The notes under the pieces: generated by a model
The model's database searches: none
Told to the model about the DNA's origin: nothing
The model's input: the letters and a program-made list of their open reading frames with translations, nothing else
DNA from: Clostridiales bacterium
Lineage (GTDB): Bacteria; Bacillota; Clostridia; Christensenellales; Aristaeellaceae
Length of the DNA stretch: 58,073 nucleotides
Assembly (NCBI GenBank): GCA_012513645.1
Contig: JAAZBU010000050.1
Span: 1-58,073 of the forward strand
Direction of reading: 5' to 3'
Position numbers and translations under genes: made by a program
Shown here: positions 10,050 to 18,411 of the stretch, piece after piece
Layout: every line of letters starts with the position of its first letter
How positions within the stretch are numbered: the first letter of the stretch is position 1

Positions 10050-10628
10050 ATGGAAATCAGCTATCAGAATATCGTTCTGCGAGACATGATTGCGTCCGAC
10101 ATTGAGGACTATGTGCGCTGGAACACAACCGACACAAAGTGGTCCGACTATGACGCCCCGTGGGAGCCGGTGAGCGGTGATGCTGAGGCCGAAAGAAAAA
10201 GATGGACAAAGAGTTATCTGTCAGGCAAGGAGCGCCTGGCGGATGAACTGCGCCGGGGCTTTGAAATCGAATGGAACGGCAAGCACATTGGCTCGGTCAA
10301 CTCGTATTTGATTGACGAAAAGTATGATTGGATACCTGTCCGTGAAATCAAGGATGGGCAAAGGGTTCACCGTGCCATTGGCATTGACATCTATGAGCCC
10401 GGCTTGTGGGGCAGAGGCATCGGGACGAACGCCCTGCGTGCATTTATGCAGTACTACCTTAAGCACGGCGTGGATGCCATCTACACGCAAACATGGTCCG
10501 GCAACGACCGGATGATTCGATGCGCCGAAAAAGTCGGCTTTATTGAATGTGACCGCCGTTTTGATGCCTGTGAGGTGGACGGCAAAAAGTATGATGCCCT
10601 GACATTGGTGTTTGAGCCGCACGAATAA
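10050..10628 (+). CDS. GNAT-family N-acetyltransferase
   Basis: The acetyl-CoA motif region ..WGRGIGTNALRAFMQY.. and the overall RimJ/RimL-like length. The RBS is weak. Confidence 0.7.
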   Translation: MEISYQNIVLRDMIASDIEDYVRWNTTDTKWSDYDAPWEPVSGDAEAERKRWTKSYLSGKERLADELRRGFEIEWNGKHIGSVNSYLIDEKYDWIPVREIKDGQRVHRAIGIDIYEPGLWGRGIGTNALRAFMQYYLKHGVDAIYTQTWSGNDRMIRCAEKVGFIECDRRFDACEVDGKKYDALTLVFEPHE

Positions 10629-10639
10629 GCTCATTAGGC

Positions 10640-10665
10640 ACAGCACACAGCGGCTTTGCTGTTTT
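10640..10665 (+). terminator. Weak candidate terminator
   Basis: 6-bp stem ACAGCA / TGCTGT with an 11-nt loop, then TTTT. Confidence 0.35.
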
Positions 10666-10704
10666 AGATGATCATCCATGCAGCCAAGAGCATCCAACGC
10701 CCAC

Positions 10705-11235
10705 TCAGCAAAACCACTTGATTGTGGCCGGGTTGGGCTCATCCTCCACCGCCACGGCGCGCAGGCTCTGGTATAAATCGTCACACACCTTTTCAGCCAC
10801 CTCGTCATAGGCCCGGGCGCCGGCGTTCAGGCCCAGTTGATCATAAGCCACTGCGGCTGCGCCGTAGAAATACAGCCCCAGCGCGTGGGACAGCGTATGC
10901 ACCACCGCCGCGCCCTGCCCGCAGGCGCGGGCGGCTGCCTGGGCCGCTGGGTCGCCATCCAGCTCCCGGGCGGCGGCGTGGCACTCCTGCAAGATTAACC
11001 GCTTCACCTCGGGAAACTTGACCTGTCCATCCAGATAGCTTTGCGCGGCCAGCAGCGCCCGGCGCGGCCTGTCATCCCCCGGGCAGCGGCGCTCAAACAG
11101 CGGCAGCATGTGCGCCATGGCGCAGCCAAGACACCACCGGCGCAGGGTATCCTTGCTCTGGGTGTCCATCAGGCGCATCAGCGCCCGCACGGGCGGGTCC
11201 TCCCAATGGCCCAGGGTTTTTCGCAGCTTTGCCAT
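10705..11235 (-). CDS. Alpha-helical hypothetical protein resembling Imm5-like putative immunity proteins
   Basis: The pattern ..CAMAHMLPLFERRCPGDDRPRRALLAAQSYLDG...AAARELDGDPAAQAAARACGQGAAVVHTLSHA.. matches what I remember of the Imm-5-like helical-repeat family. This is from memory only. Confidence 0.45.
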   Translation of the reverse strand: MAKLRKTLGHWEDPPVRALMRLMDTQSKDTLRRWCLGCAMAHMLPLFERRCPGDDRPRRALLAAQSYLDGQVKFPEVKRLILQECHAAARELDGDPAAQAAARACGQGAAVVHTLSHALGLYFYGAAAVAYDQLGLNAGARAYDEVAEKVCDDLYQSLRAVAVEDEPNPATIKWFC

Positions 11236-11246
11236 CCTCTATCTAC

Positions 11247-11870
11247 CTACTCGATGGGCACGAAGGGCAGGAACTTGTTGACATAGTATTTGCCCCAAGC
11301 CAGGGCCTCCCGCGCGTGGTTTTTAAGCCAGTACTCGGGCAGAATGGGGCTGCCGATCCCAGATGGATTGAGCCCCAGGTCGCGGGCAATCATAATGGCG
11401 CGGGGCAGGTGATAGTCGCTGGTGACGATCAGCACATCCTTGGTGCCGCCGGGCAGCTTGTAGATGGCCTCCTGGATGTTCTGCTTGGTGTTGAAGGAAT
11501 GCTCATCCATCTGCACATCCTGCGGCTGGACGCCCCGGGCCACCAGCCACGCGCGCATCACCGAGGCCTCGCTGGCCGGCTCGTTGGCCCCCTGCGCGCC
11601 GCAGACAACGATGGGCCGCGGCTGCCGCTGGTATTCCTCCAGCGCCAATTGCAGGCGCATGGCCAGCTGCTTGGAGGGCTGCCCGTCCGGGTTTACCTGC
11701 GCGCCCAGCACGATGATGGCGCTGGTGGGGCCGGGCTTGGGCACCGTGTGCTCGCTGTACAGTTGCAGGGCAAACATGGCCACATAGGTCAGTATAAACA
11801 GCAAGGCCGCGGTCATCGCCAGCTTGATCAACACCATCAGGGGGCTCCTTCTCCTGCGTCGTCTTGCCAT
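11247..11870 (-). CDS. YdcF/DUF218 (ElyC/SanA-like) family protein with an N-terminal TM anchor
   Basis: A TM helix followed by ..IVLGAQV..GQPS..RL... and ..IVTSDYHLPRA.., which are characteristic of DUF218. Confidence 0.75.
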   Translation of the reverse strand: MARRRRRRSPLMVLIKLAMTAALLFILTYVAMFALQLYSEHTVPKPGPTSAIIVLGAQVNPDGQPSKQLAMRLQLALEEYQRQPRPIVVCGAQGANEPASEASVMRAWLVARGVQPQDVQMDEHSFNTKQNIQEAIYKLPGGTKDVLIVTSDYHLPRAIMIARDLGLNPSGIGSPILPEYWLKNHAREALAWGKYYVNKFLPFVPIE

Positions 11871-11887
11871 GGTTCTCCTCGTTTTCC

Positions 11888-12559
11888 TTACATCAGGCCC
11901 TGTGCAGCCAGGCTGAGGCAGCTGTCCGCCCCCACGATCAGGTGGTCATGCAGGGCGATGCCCAGCGGGCGCAGCATGTGCGCCAGGGCCTTGGTCATCT
12001 CGATATCCGCCCGGGATGGGGCGGAGTTGCCGTCCGGGTGGTTGTGGCACAGCACGGCACCCGCCGCGCCCGCGCGCAGCAGCGCGGAGACGATCAGCCG
12101 GGGGTACACCGCTGTCTCGCCCTCATCGCCTGCGGATATCAGGCTTTTGAGCAGCAAATAACCCTTTGTATCCAGCGCCAGCACATACAGGCGCTCATAC
12201 CGCTCGCCCATCAGCAGGGCCCGGCAGTACGCCATGCGCAGGTCGGGGGTGGACAAGTCGGGCATCTGCGCCTGCTGGCTTTGCTGGTATACGCGCATCA
12301 GCGGCACCAGCATGCCAAGCAGCGTAGCGGCGTGCTCGCCAATGCCGTTTACGGCCATCAGCTCCTGCTTGTCCGCGGCCAGCACCCCGGCGATGGAGCC
12401 GAACCGGCCCAGCAGCGCCCGGGCGATGGGCTTGGTATCCCGCCGCGGGATGGCGTAGGTAAGCAGCAGCTCCAGCACCTCATGCGGCGCAAAGCCGTCA
12501 AAGCCGGCCCGCGCATACCTGTCGCGCAGCCGCTGGCGGTGGCCTGCGTGCTCCTCCAT
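11888..12559 (-). CDS. radC: RadC-family JAB/MPN-domain protein
   Basis: An N-terminal HhH-like region and the JAMM motif HNHPDGNSAPSRAD. Confidence 0.85.
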   Translation of the reverse strand: MEEHAGHRQRLRDRYARAGFDGFAPHEVLELLLTYAIPRRDTKPIARALLGRFGSIAGVLAADKQELMAVNGIGEHAATLLGMLVPLMRVYQQSQQAQMPDLSTPDLRMAYCRALLMGERYERLYVLALDTKGYLLLKSLISAGDEGETAVYPRLIVSALLRAGAAGAVLCHNHPDGNSAPSRADIEMTKALAHMLRPLGIALHDHLIVGADSCLSLAAQGLM

Positions 12560-12582
12560 GCCTTTCCCCCCTTCCTTTCAGC

Positions 12583-12611
12583 AGTATAGCATAGCCACCG
12601 GGGCAAACAAA
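12583..12611 (-). promoter_or_regulatory. Candidate promoter of the radC-DUF218-Imm5-like operon
   Basis: Minus strand: TTTGTT, 17-nt spacer ending in TGc, then TATACT. Confidence 0.5.
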
Positions 12612-12769
12612 GGCATCCACATTTGACAATATGGCAAAAAATCTTCCGCACCTTGCAGGAAAAACAGGAAGTATGAAGAAATAGCAGAAGGTGGGGAGAT
12701 GTTGGAAGATGACTCTCCTGTAACAAGAGCATTCTGCCATGATGGCATATAGTGGATAGGAGGAGGACC

Positions 12770-14347
12770 ATGTCTGAACTGAACCTGGAATACCTTGGCA
12801 TCATCCAAACGCCTGCGGTGTACCGCAACCTGCCCCCGGCCCGCCTGGTGGAGCACGCACTGCGCCGTCAGGAAGGCACCCTGAGCGAGACCGGTGCCCT
12901 GGTGGTCAACACCGGCAAGTACACCGGCCGCAGCCCGGACGACCGCTTCATCGTGGACGAGCCGTCCATCCATGATGAGATCGCCTGGGGCAAGGTGAAC
13001 GTGCCGATCAGCCCCGAAAAGTTTGACAGCATCTACAAGCGCGTGTGCGCCTACCTGCAGGGGCGTGAGCTGTTTGTGTTTGATGGCTTTGCCGGCGCCG
13101 ACCCCAGCTACCGCAAGAACTTCCGCATCGTCAACGAGCTGGCCAGCCAGAACCTGTTTATCCACCAGCTGCTGCTGCGCCCCACGCAGGAGGAGTTGGC
13201 GGGCTACGCCCCCGATTTCACCATCATCGCCGCCCCCGGCTTCCACTGCATCCCGGAGATTGACGGCGTGCGCAGCGAGGCGGCCATTCTGGTCAGCTTT
13301 GAGCGCAAACTGGTGGTGGTGGCGGGCAGCCAGTACGCCGGCGAGATCAAGAAGAGCGTGTTCAGCGTGATGAACTATATCCTGCCCAAGCAGGATGTGT
13401 TCAGCATGCACTGCTCGGCCAACATCGGCGAGGCGGGCGACAGCGCGCTGTTCTTCGGCCTGTCGGGCACCGGCAAGACCACTTTGTCCGCCGACCCGCA
13501 CCGCAAGCTCATCGGCGATGACGAGCACGGCTGGAGCGACAAGGGTATCTTCAACATCGAGGGCGGCTGCTACGCCAAGTGCATCAACCTGTCCCAGGAA
13601 AATGAGCCCGACATCTGGAACGCTATCCGCTTTGGCGCGCTGGTTGAAAACGTGGTGATGGACCCCGACACCCGCAAGCTGGACTTTGACGACGACAGCC
13701 TGACGGAGAACACCCGCGTGGGCTACCCGGTGGACTTTATCGCCAACACCCAGATCCCCGGCGTGGGCGATCACCCCAAGACGGTGATCTTCCTCACGGC
13801 GGATGCCTTTGGCGTGCTACCCCCCGTTAGCAAGCTGACCCGCGATGCCGCCATGTACCACTATGTCAGCGGCTACACGGCCAAGCTGGCCGGCACCGAG
13901 CGCGGCGTCACCGAGCCTCAGGCCACCTTCTCCACCTGCTTTGGCGCCCCCTTCCTGCCGCTGCCCGCCGCCCGCTATGCCGAGTTGCTGGGCCAGCGCA
14001 TCGACACCTATGGCGCCAACGTCTACCTGGTCAACACCGGCTGGGCCGGCGGCAGCTACGGCAAGGGCGGCAACCGCATGAAGCTGCCCCTCACCCGCGC
14101 CATGGTGACCGCCTGCCTCAACGGCGAGCTGGAGAAGAGCGAGTTTGTGCTCGACCCCGTCTTCAACGTGCTGGTGCCCACAACCTGCCCCGGCGTGCCC
14201 GACGAGGTGCTGGTGCCCGAAAAGATGTGGCAGGACAAGGCCGAGTACCAGAAGACCGCCAAGATGCTGGCCGAGCTGTTCCGCAAGAACTTTGCCAAGT
14301 ATGCCAACATGCCCGAGGAAGTCATCGAGGCAGGCCCCAAAGCCTGA
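12770..14347 (+). CDS. pckA: Phosphoenolpyruvate carboxykinase (ATP)
   Basis: Kinase-1a loop [13 protein letters not shown], plus GDDEHGW and a typical ~525-aa length. ATG 12770 follows AGGAGGAGGA. Confidence 0.95.
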   Translation: MSELNLEYLGIIQTPAVYRNLPPARLVEHALRRQEGTLSETGALVVNTGKYTGRSPDDRFIVDEPSIHDEIAWGKVNVPISPEKFDSIYKRVCAYLQGRELFVFDGFAGADPSYRKNFRIVNELASQNLFIHQLLLRPTQEELAGYAPDFTIIAAPGFHCIPEIDGVRSEAAILVSFERKLVVVAGSQYAGEIKKSVFSVMNYILPKQDVFSMHCSANIGEAGDSALFFGLSGTGKTTLSADPHRKLIGDDEHGWSDKGIFNIEGGCYAKCINLSQENEPDIWNAIRFGALVENVVMDPDTRKLDFDDDSLTENTRVGYPVDFIANTQIPGVGDHPKTVIFLTADAFGVLPPVSKLTRDAAMYHYVSGYTAKLAGTERGVTEPQATFSTCFGAPFLPLPAARYAELLGQRIDTYGANVYLVNTGWAGGSYGKGGNRMKLPLTRAMVTACLNGELEKSEFVLDPVFNVLVPTTCPGVPDEVLVPEKMWQDKAEYQKTAKMLAELFRKNFAKYANMPEEVIEAGPKA

Positions 14348-14374
14348 CCGGTATCGGAATTATTACATCCATCA

Positions 14375-14416
14375 GCGGCGCGTCCGGGGTTGTCCGGGCG
14401 CGTCGCCTCTGTGTTT
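14375..14416 (+). terminator. Candidate terminator of pckA
   Basis: ~13-bp GC-rich stem (two G-U pairs) spanning 14375-14387 / 14394-14406, followed by a U-rich stretch CTCTGTGTTT. Confidence 0.55.
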
Positions 14417-14435
14417 CGGTGATTTTATTATCACA

Positions 14436-14464
14436 TTGTTTCGGCGGGCGCTTCATGCTATACT
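14436..14464 (+). promoter_or_regulatory. Candidate promoter
   Basis: TTGTTT, 17-nt spacer, extended -10 TGcTATACT. Confidence 0.5.
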
Positions 14465-14506
14465 GCTGATGGAAATATATAGCATTCAATCTTGAAGGAG
14501 GAACCC

Positions 14507-15079
14507 ATGCAAAAGAGAGTACTCGCCCTGTTGGCCGCCCTTGTTATGGTGCTGTCCCTCGCTCCATCCTCATTCGCCGGCGAGTTGACCGCCGAGCAGA
14601 AGATTGAGCAGCTGGTTAGCACGGTGCAAACCTTCATCGACGATCGTGAGTACACGACCTTTAAGTTCAATGGTGATAAAAACCAGTTCACCGGCGCCTT
14701 CACTCTGGATTCTGTTTTAGGTGAAGCCGATGTATATGTCTATATTTATGACGACATGGTGGCTGTGGACGCCACGCCTGCGTTGCGCGTGCCTGAAGAG
14801 TACCGCGACAATATCGCCATCTTTCTTACATTAGCTAACTTCGTCGAATCCTACGCCTATTTCCAGTTCAGCTATGAAAGCGGCTATATCTATAGCCATA
14901 ATATGCAGTTGGTTGAGTCTGCCTTCCCAACCACCGACGAGATTCATGTGTTGATTCACGAGCCGATCCACGCCCTGGACAAATACGGCAATGGCATCAG
15001 CAAGGTAGCCAACGGCGCAGATCCGGTGGAAACCTACAATGCGCTCCGTGCAGAGATCGAAGCCCAGCAGGGCAATTAA
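14507..15079 (+). CDS. Secreted hypothetical protein, YbjN-like (type III chaperone-like) fold suspected
   Basis: ATG 14507 follows GAAGGAGGAA. The signal peptide is MQKRVLALLAALVMVLSLAPSSFA|GE. The mature part has the YbjN-like pattern ..VYVYIYDDMVAVDA..VPEEYR..IAIFLTLANF....FQFSYESGYIY... The family call is from memory. Confidence 0.5.
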   Translation: MQKRVLALLAALVMVLSLAPSSFAGELTAEQKIEQLVSTVQTFIDDREYTTFKFNGDKNQFTGAFTLDSVLGEADVYVYIYDDMVAVDATPALRVPEEYRDNIAIFLTLANFVESYAYFQFSYESGYIYSHNMQLVESAFPTTDEIHVLIHEPIHALDKYGNGISKVANGADPVETYNALRAEIEAQQGN

Positions 15080-15100
15080 GCCGCATCGCTCCGTACCCAT

Positions 15101-15125
15101 CGCCGCCCAGCCGGGCGGCGTTTTT
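15101..15125 (+). terminator. Intrinsic terminator
   Basis: 8-bp stem CGCCGCCC / GGGCGGCG with a 4-nt loop, then TTTTT. Confidence 0.85.
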
Positions 15126-15214
15126 CGTGCCCAGGCTTTCAGGCTGTCTGAACAAAAGTGAGACGTGTATGATACTGGCAGAAAAGAAGTGCCCCCGGCA
15201 CAAAGGAGAACGCC

Positions 15215-15706
15215 ATGCAAAGGATTATCCCCAGCCTGTGGTTTGCAGACAACAACTGTGAGGAGGCGCTGACCTACTATTGCAGCGTATTCCCCCATTC
15301 AAAGATCATCAGCCTGACCCGCTACCCCGATGAGCACATTGACCCCCACTTTGAAGGCATGGCCGGCAAGGTGATCACCGCGGTATTCGAATTGGACGGG
15401 CAGCGTTTTATCGCGCTGGACGGCGGGCCGTACTTCCGTTTCAACGAGGCGGTGTCCTTCACGGTGGAATGCGCCGATCAGGCCGAGATCGACTATTACT
15501 GGGGCAAATTGTCCCACGTGCCTGATAGCGAGCAGTGCGGCTGGTGCAAGGACCGCTTCGGCCTCAGCTGGCAGATTGTCCCGCGGGAGATGGAGCGCCT
15601 GATTGGCACAGAGGCCGCCATGCGGGCCATGATGCAGATGAAGAAGATTCACATCGCGGCGCTGGAAGCCGCCGGGCAGACAGCCCCAAAGGAGGAGGAG
15701 GAGTAG
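15215..15706 (+). CDS. VOC-superfamily protein (PhnB / 3-demethylubiquinone-9 methyltransferase-domain type)
   Basis: N-terminus MQRIIPSLWFADNNCEEALTYYCSVFP and ..DRFGLSWQIVP.. are typical of this family. Confidence 0.7.
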   Translation: MQRIIPSLWFADNNCEEALTYYCSVFPHSKIISLTRYPDEHIDPHFEGMAGKVITAVFELDGQRFIALDGGPYFRFNEAVSFTVECADQAEIDYYWGKLSHVPDSEQCGWCKDRFGLSWQIVPREMERLIGTEAAMRAMMQMKKIHIAALEAAGQTAPKEEEE

Positions 15707-15708
15707 GC

Positions 15709-16230
15709 ATGGGCAAGATCACCGTGGCCATGTACCTGACGCTGGACGGCGTATTTGAAGCGCCGGCCTGGACCATGCCCTACTGGGACGACCAGCTCAG
15801 CGACTACCAGGACAAAGCCCAGCAGGAGGCCGATGCCCTGCTGCTGGGGCGCACAACCTATGAGGAGTTTGCCGCCGCGTGGCCGGGCAGCCGCGATGAG
15901 GGGGCAAAGTACATGAATGAAATCAAAAAGTGTGTACCCACCGCCACGCTGCACGAGCCGGCCTGGCAGGCGCAGCTTCCGAACGGCAACATTGAGCAGG
16001 AGATCCGCAGCCTGCGGGAGCGCCACAGCCTGCTGGTTTACGGCTCCGGCCAGTTGGTGCGCGCGCTGATGGGCTGGGGCCTGGTGGATGAATACCGGCA
16101 GATGGTGTTCCCCGTCATCACCGGCCAGGGCCGTCGGCTGTTTGACGGCGAGGTACAGCCCTGCGCCTTCCGCAAGGCGGACAGCGCCGTGACGCCCAAG
16201 GGCGTGGTGTTGACGACCTACAGGCGCTGA
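15709..16230 (+). CDS. Dihydrofolate-reductase-family (RibD C-terminal domain) protein
   Basis: Track ORF 15535..16230 trimmed to ATG 15709, which lies 2 nt after the upstream stop. Contains MGKITVAMYLTLDGVFE....LLLGRTTYEEF...LLVYGSGQL. Confidence 0.7.
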   Translation: MGKITVAMYLTLDGVFEAPAWTMPYWDDQLSDYQDKAQQEADALLLGRTTYEEFAAAWPGSRDEGAKYMNEIKKCVPTATLHEPAWQAQLPNGNIEQEIRSLRERHSLLVYGSGQLVRALMGWGLVDEYRQMVFPVITGQGRRLFDGEVQPCAFRKADSAVTPKGVVLTTYRR

Positions 16231-16237
16231 AACACCA

Positions 16238-16280
16238 AAAAGACAATACTGCCGCGCGAACAGTTCGCGCGGCAGTATTG
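16238..16280 (-). terminator. Terminator of thiT (also blocks the convergent + strand)
   Basis: 17-bp perfect stem CAATACTGCCGCGCGAA / TTCGCGCGGCAGTATTG with a 3-nt loop. On the minus strand it is followed by TCTTTTT. Confidence 0.7.
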
Positions 16281-16298
16281 CGTTAGCCAGGCAAGGGG

Positions 16299-16904
16299 TC
16301 AGCGCCTGGCCACATCCTCCCCCAGCCAGTAGCGGCGCATGGGCACAAACAGCAGCAGCCCGGCCACCACGGCAATGAACACATCGGGCACGATGTAGCC
16401 GCCATTGTATATCAGCGAGTACACGGCGCCTGACAGCCCATGCTCATTGGGCCACAGCGCATCCCAGATCATCCAGCCGGACAGGAAGTGGCACACAAAC
16501 CGCAACGCGCCCACCAGTACGATGCCGGCCCCCAGCGCCACGGCGTCGTTCTTGATTTTGCCGCGGAATACCCGGGCCAGGCCATAGCTGGTGTAGGCCA
16601 GGACGTAGTCAAGCAGGGCGATGCCCACCATCTGGGTGATGTTCTGGCCGTAGGTGACGTTGCTAAAGCCGATCATCATCTGCAGCAGTGCGAACACAAA
16701 GGCGCTGAACAGCCCTTGCCGGGTGCCCCAGCGCCAGCTGATGAGCACCAGCGGCAGCATACTGCCCAGCGTGACACTGCCGCCAAAGGCCCAGGGGGCC
16801 TTGAAGGCAATAAACTCGTTGAGAACGGTGGCGATGCCGATGAGCACGGCGCTCTCCACCAGCATGCGGGTTGTCATGTCTGTGCGACGGTTGGCGGTTG
16901 TCAT
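16299..16904 (-). CDS. thiT: ECF-transporter S component, thiamine-specific (ThiT/YuaJ-like)
   Basis: ~200-aa protein with six helices. ATG 16904 follows GAAGGAGGA. It lies directly downstream of a TPP riboswitch. Confidence 0.75.
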   Translation of the reverse strand: MTTANRRTDMTTRMLVESAVLIGIATVLNEFIAFKAPWAFGGSVTLGSMLPLVLISWRWGTRQGLFSAFVFALLQMMIGFSNVTYGQNITQMVGIALLDYVLAYTSYGLARVFRGKIKNDAVALGAGIVLVGALRFVCHFLSGWMIWDALWPNEHGLSGAVYSLIYNGGYIVPDVFIAVVAGLLLFVPMRRYWLGEDVARR

Positions 16905-16926
16905 AAAATCCTCCTTCTTTTTCGCA

Positions 16927-16958
16927 GGAAAAAGCGCTCTGCCGGAAAGCAAAGCGCT
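16927..16958 (-). terminator. Expression-platform terminator of the TPP riboswitch
   Basis: Minus strand: AGCGCTTTGC / GCAGAGCGCT stem (one mismatch) followed by TTTTT. It sits between the aptamer and the thiT RBS. Confidence 0.7.
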
Positions 16959-16965
16959 CGCATGA

Positions 16966-17066
16966 TAAACTGCTTTCCTACGCCGGCATTATCCGGATCA
17001 GGTTCAAGGGTCCCGGGACTAATCCCGATCTCAGCCGGCCAAGGCCAGCACCCCTGCCGCGGGCAT
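16966..17066 (-). promoter_or_regulatory. TPP (THI-box) riboswitch aptamer
   Basis: Minus strand reads ..GGGGUGCUGG..GGCUGAGAUCGGG..CCCGGGACCCUUGAACCUGAUCCGGAUAAUGCCGGCGUAGGAAAGC... It has the CUGAGA and ACCUGAUC.GGAUAAUGCC.GCG cores of the TPP riboswitch. Confidence 0.9.
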
Positions 17067-17079
17067 CCGCGACAGGGCC

Positions 17080-17108
17080 ATCATACCTGCCCAATCTCTC
17101 CCTGTCAA
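17080..17108 (-). promoter_or_regulatory. Promoter of the TPP riboswitch-thiT unit
   Basis: Minus strand: TTGACA, 17-nt spacer, TATGAT, immediately upstream of the aptamer. Confidence 0.65.
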
Positions 17109-17189
17109 GTAGCGAACCACCAACGGGTTATGGTATGATAGGCCTGCGCTCCGGCCCTCATAATCCACCGCCGGACCGCCGGAGGATAT

Positions 17190-17840
17190 ATGCCCTGGTT
17201 TCAGAAAAAAGCACCGCCTCAGCCGCCGGACTCCATGAGCGCCATGGACCTGGTGCACGAGGCCAAGGTAACCGAAGACCCGGTCTACGCCTACGCCTGC
17301 CTCAAGCGGGCGGAGATTCTGGCGCCCGACAGCCTGGATGTGCAGCGCGCGCTGCTGCTGCTGGGCCGCCTGCACGAGCGGGACCGCCGCCCGGCGGACT
17401 ATGCGCTGATCAAGTGCTATCTGCTGCACGCCTTTGAGCACCCGGAAAAGCACACCGAGGAGGAACTGGAGCGCATGGCACGCGAGCTGTTTGACGACAA
17501 GCGCCTGCAGACCTGCCTGTCCCTCGCCCCGGACGCGGAGGCCTTTTTGGAAGGGTACCTGGGCGACCTGTCGGCCGAGTACATGCGCGTATTCGTCGCC
17601 GGAGAAAGCAGCCACGCGCCCCGGGTGTTCGGGATGTCGCTCAAAAACCAGATGCCCAGCTACCTGGCCCGCCCGGCGGCGGATATCATCCGCAACGCGA
17701 TGTCCAGCGCGTATTTGAGCGCGCAGGAGCAGCGGCTGGTGGCCCGTGCCTTTTACAAGGCCTTTTACCGGCAGATGAACGGCGATACCAAGGCGCTGGA
17801 CAAGCTGCTGGGCGCCGAAGTATACCGCGCCCTCGCCTGA
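17190..17840 (+). CDS. Hypothetical protein (all-helical, cytoplasmic)
   Basis: 216-aa ORF with host-like codon bias and GGAGGA just upstream. I recognise no family. The start is uncertain. Confidence 0.5.
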   Translation: MPWFQKKAPPQPPDSMSAMDLVHEAKVTEDPVYAYACLKRAEILAPDSLDVQRALLLLGRLHERDRRPADYALIKCYLLHAFEHPEKHTEEELERMARELFDDKRLQTCLSLAPDAEAFLEGYLGDLSAEYMRVFVAGESSHAPRVFGMSLKNQMPSYLARPAADIIRNAMSSAYLSAQEQRLVARAFYKAFYRQMNGDTKALDKLLGAEVYRALA

Positions 17841-17871
17841 GCATGCACCGCAAAGCCCCAAAGGATATGCC

Positions 17872-18393
17872 ATGATCAAGAAGATTCTTTCCGTGGTGCT
17901 GGCGCTGATCCTGATGGCCTCCTTCTACCTGTATGCGCTGCTGCGCGAGGATGAGGAGACAAAGCGCACCGACCGCTGGGTGGTGGCCGAGGAGGATGCG
18001 GCGCTCAGCGCCCGCGGGCCGCTGGAAAGCACCGACCCCCAGGCGCTGGCCAACGCCATGGGCATCACCCTTCCGCTGCCCCAGAGCCTGCTGACCGCGG
18101 GCGTGGCCGATGACAGCCACCACGGCTACTATGCCCGCCGCCTCACGGCCACCAACGGGCACAGCACCGTGTGGGGCGTGCGCCCGGCCTCAGCATCGCC
18201 CATGATCCGCCCGGCGGTGGTTGCCTTTGGCCAGTCGGACAAGACGCTGATGGGCTACCCGCTGCTTGCCGGGCAGGACGCGCAGTACCTGTACTATTAT
18301 CTGGCCACCGACCAGGCGGCCTTTGTGCTCCGGCTGCCCCAGTCGGACAGCCAGCAAGCCCTGCAGGGCTTCCTCATCGCCCAGCCTGATTAA
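17872..18393 (+). CDS. Hypothetical membrane-anchored protein
   Basis: AAAGGA RBS. N-terminal TM helix ILSVVLALILMASFYLYALL followed by a ~140-aa extracytoplasmic part. No family recognised. Confidence 0.5.
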   Translation: MIKKILSVVLALILMASFYLYALLREDEETKRTDRWVVAEEDAALSARGPLESTDPQALANAMGITLPLPQSLLTAGVADDSHHGYYARRLTATNGHSTVWGVRPASASPMIRPAVVAFGQSDKTLMGYPLLAGQDAQYLYYYLATDQAAFVLRLPQSDSQQALQGFLIAQPD

Positions 18394-18411
18394 CGCCTGA
18401 AAGGACCAACC

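Noticed and set aside
15535-15708. 5' extension of the dihydrofolate-reductase-family ORF into the VOC gene.
   Set aside because: It overlaps the 3' end of the VOC gene in another frame. ATG 15709 gives the typical family N-terminus MGKITV.
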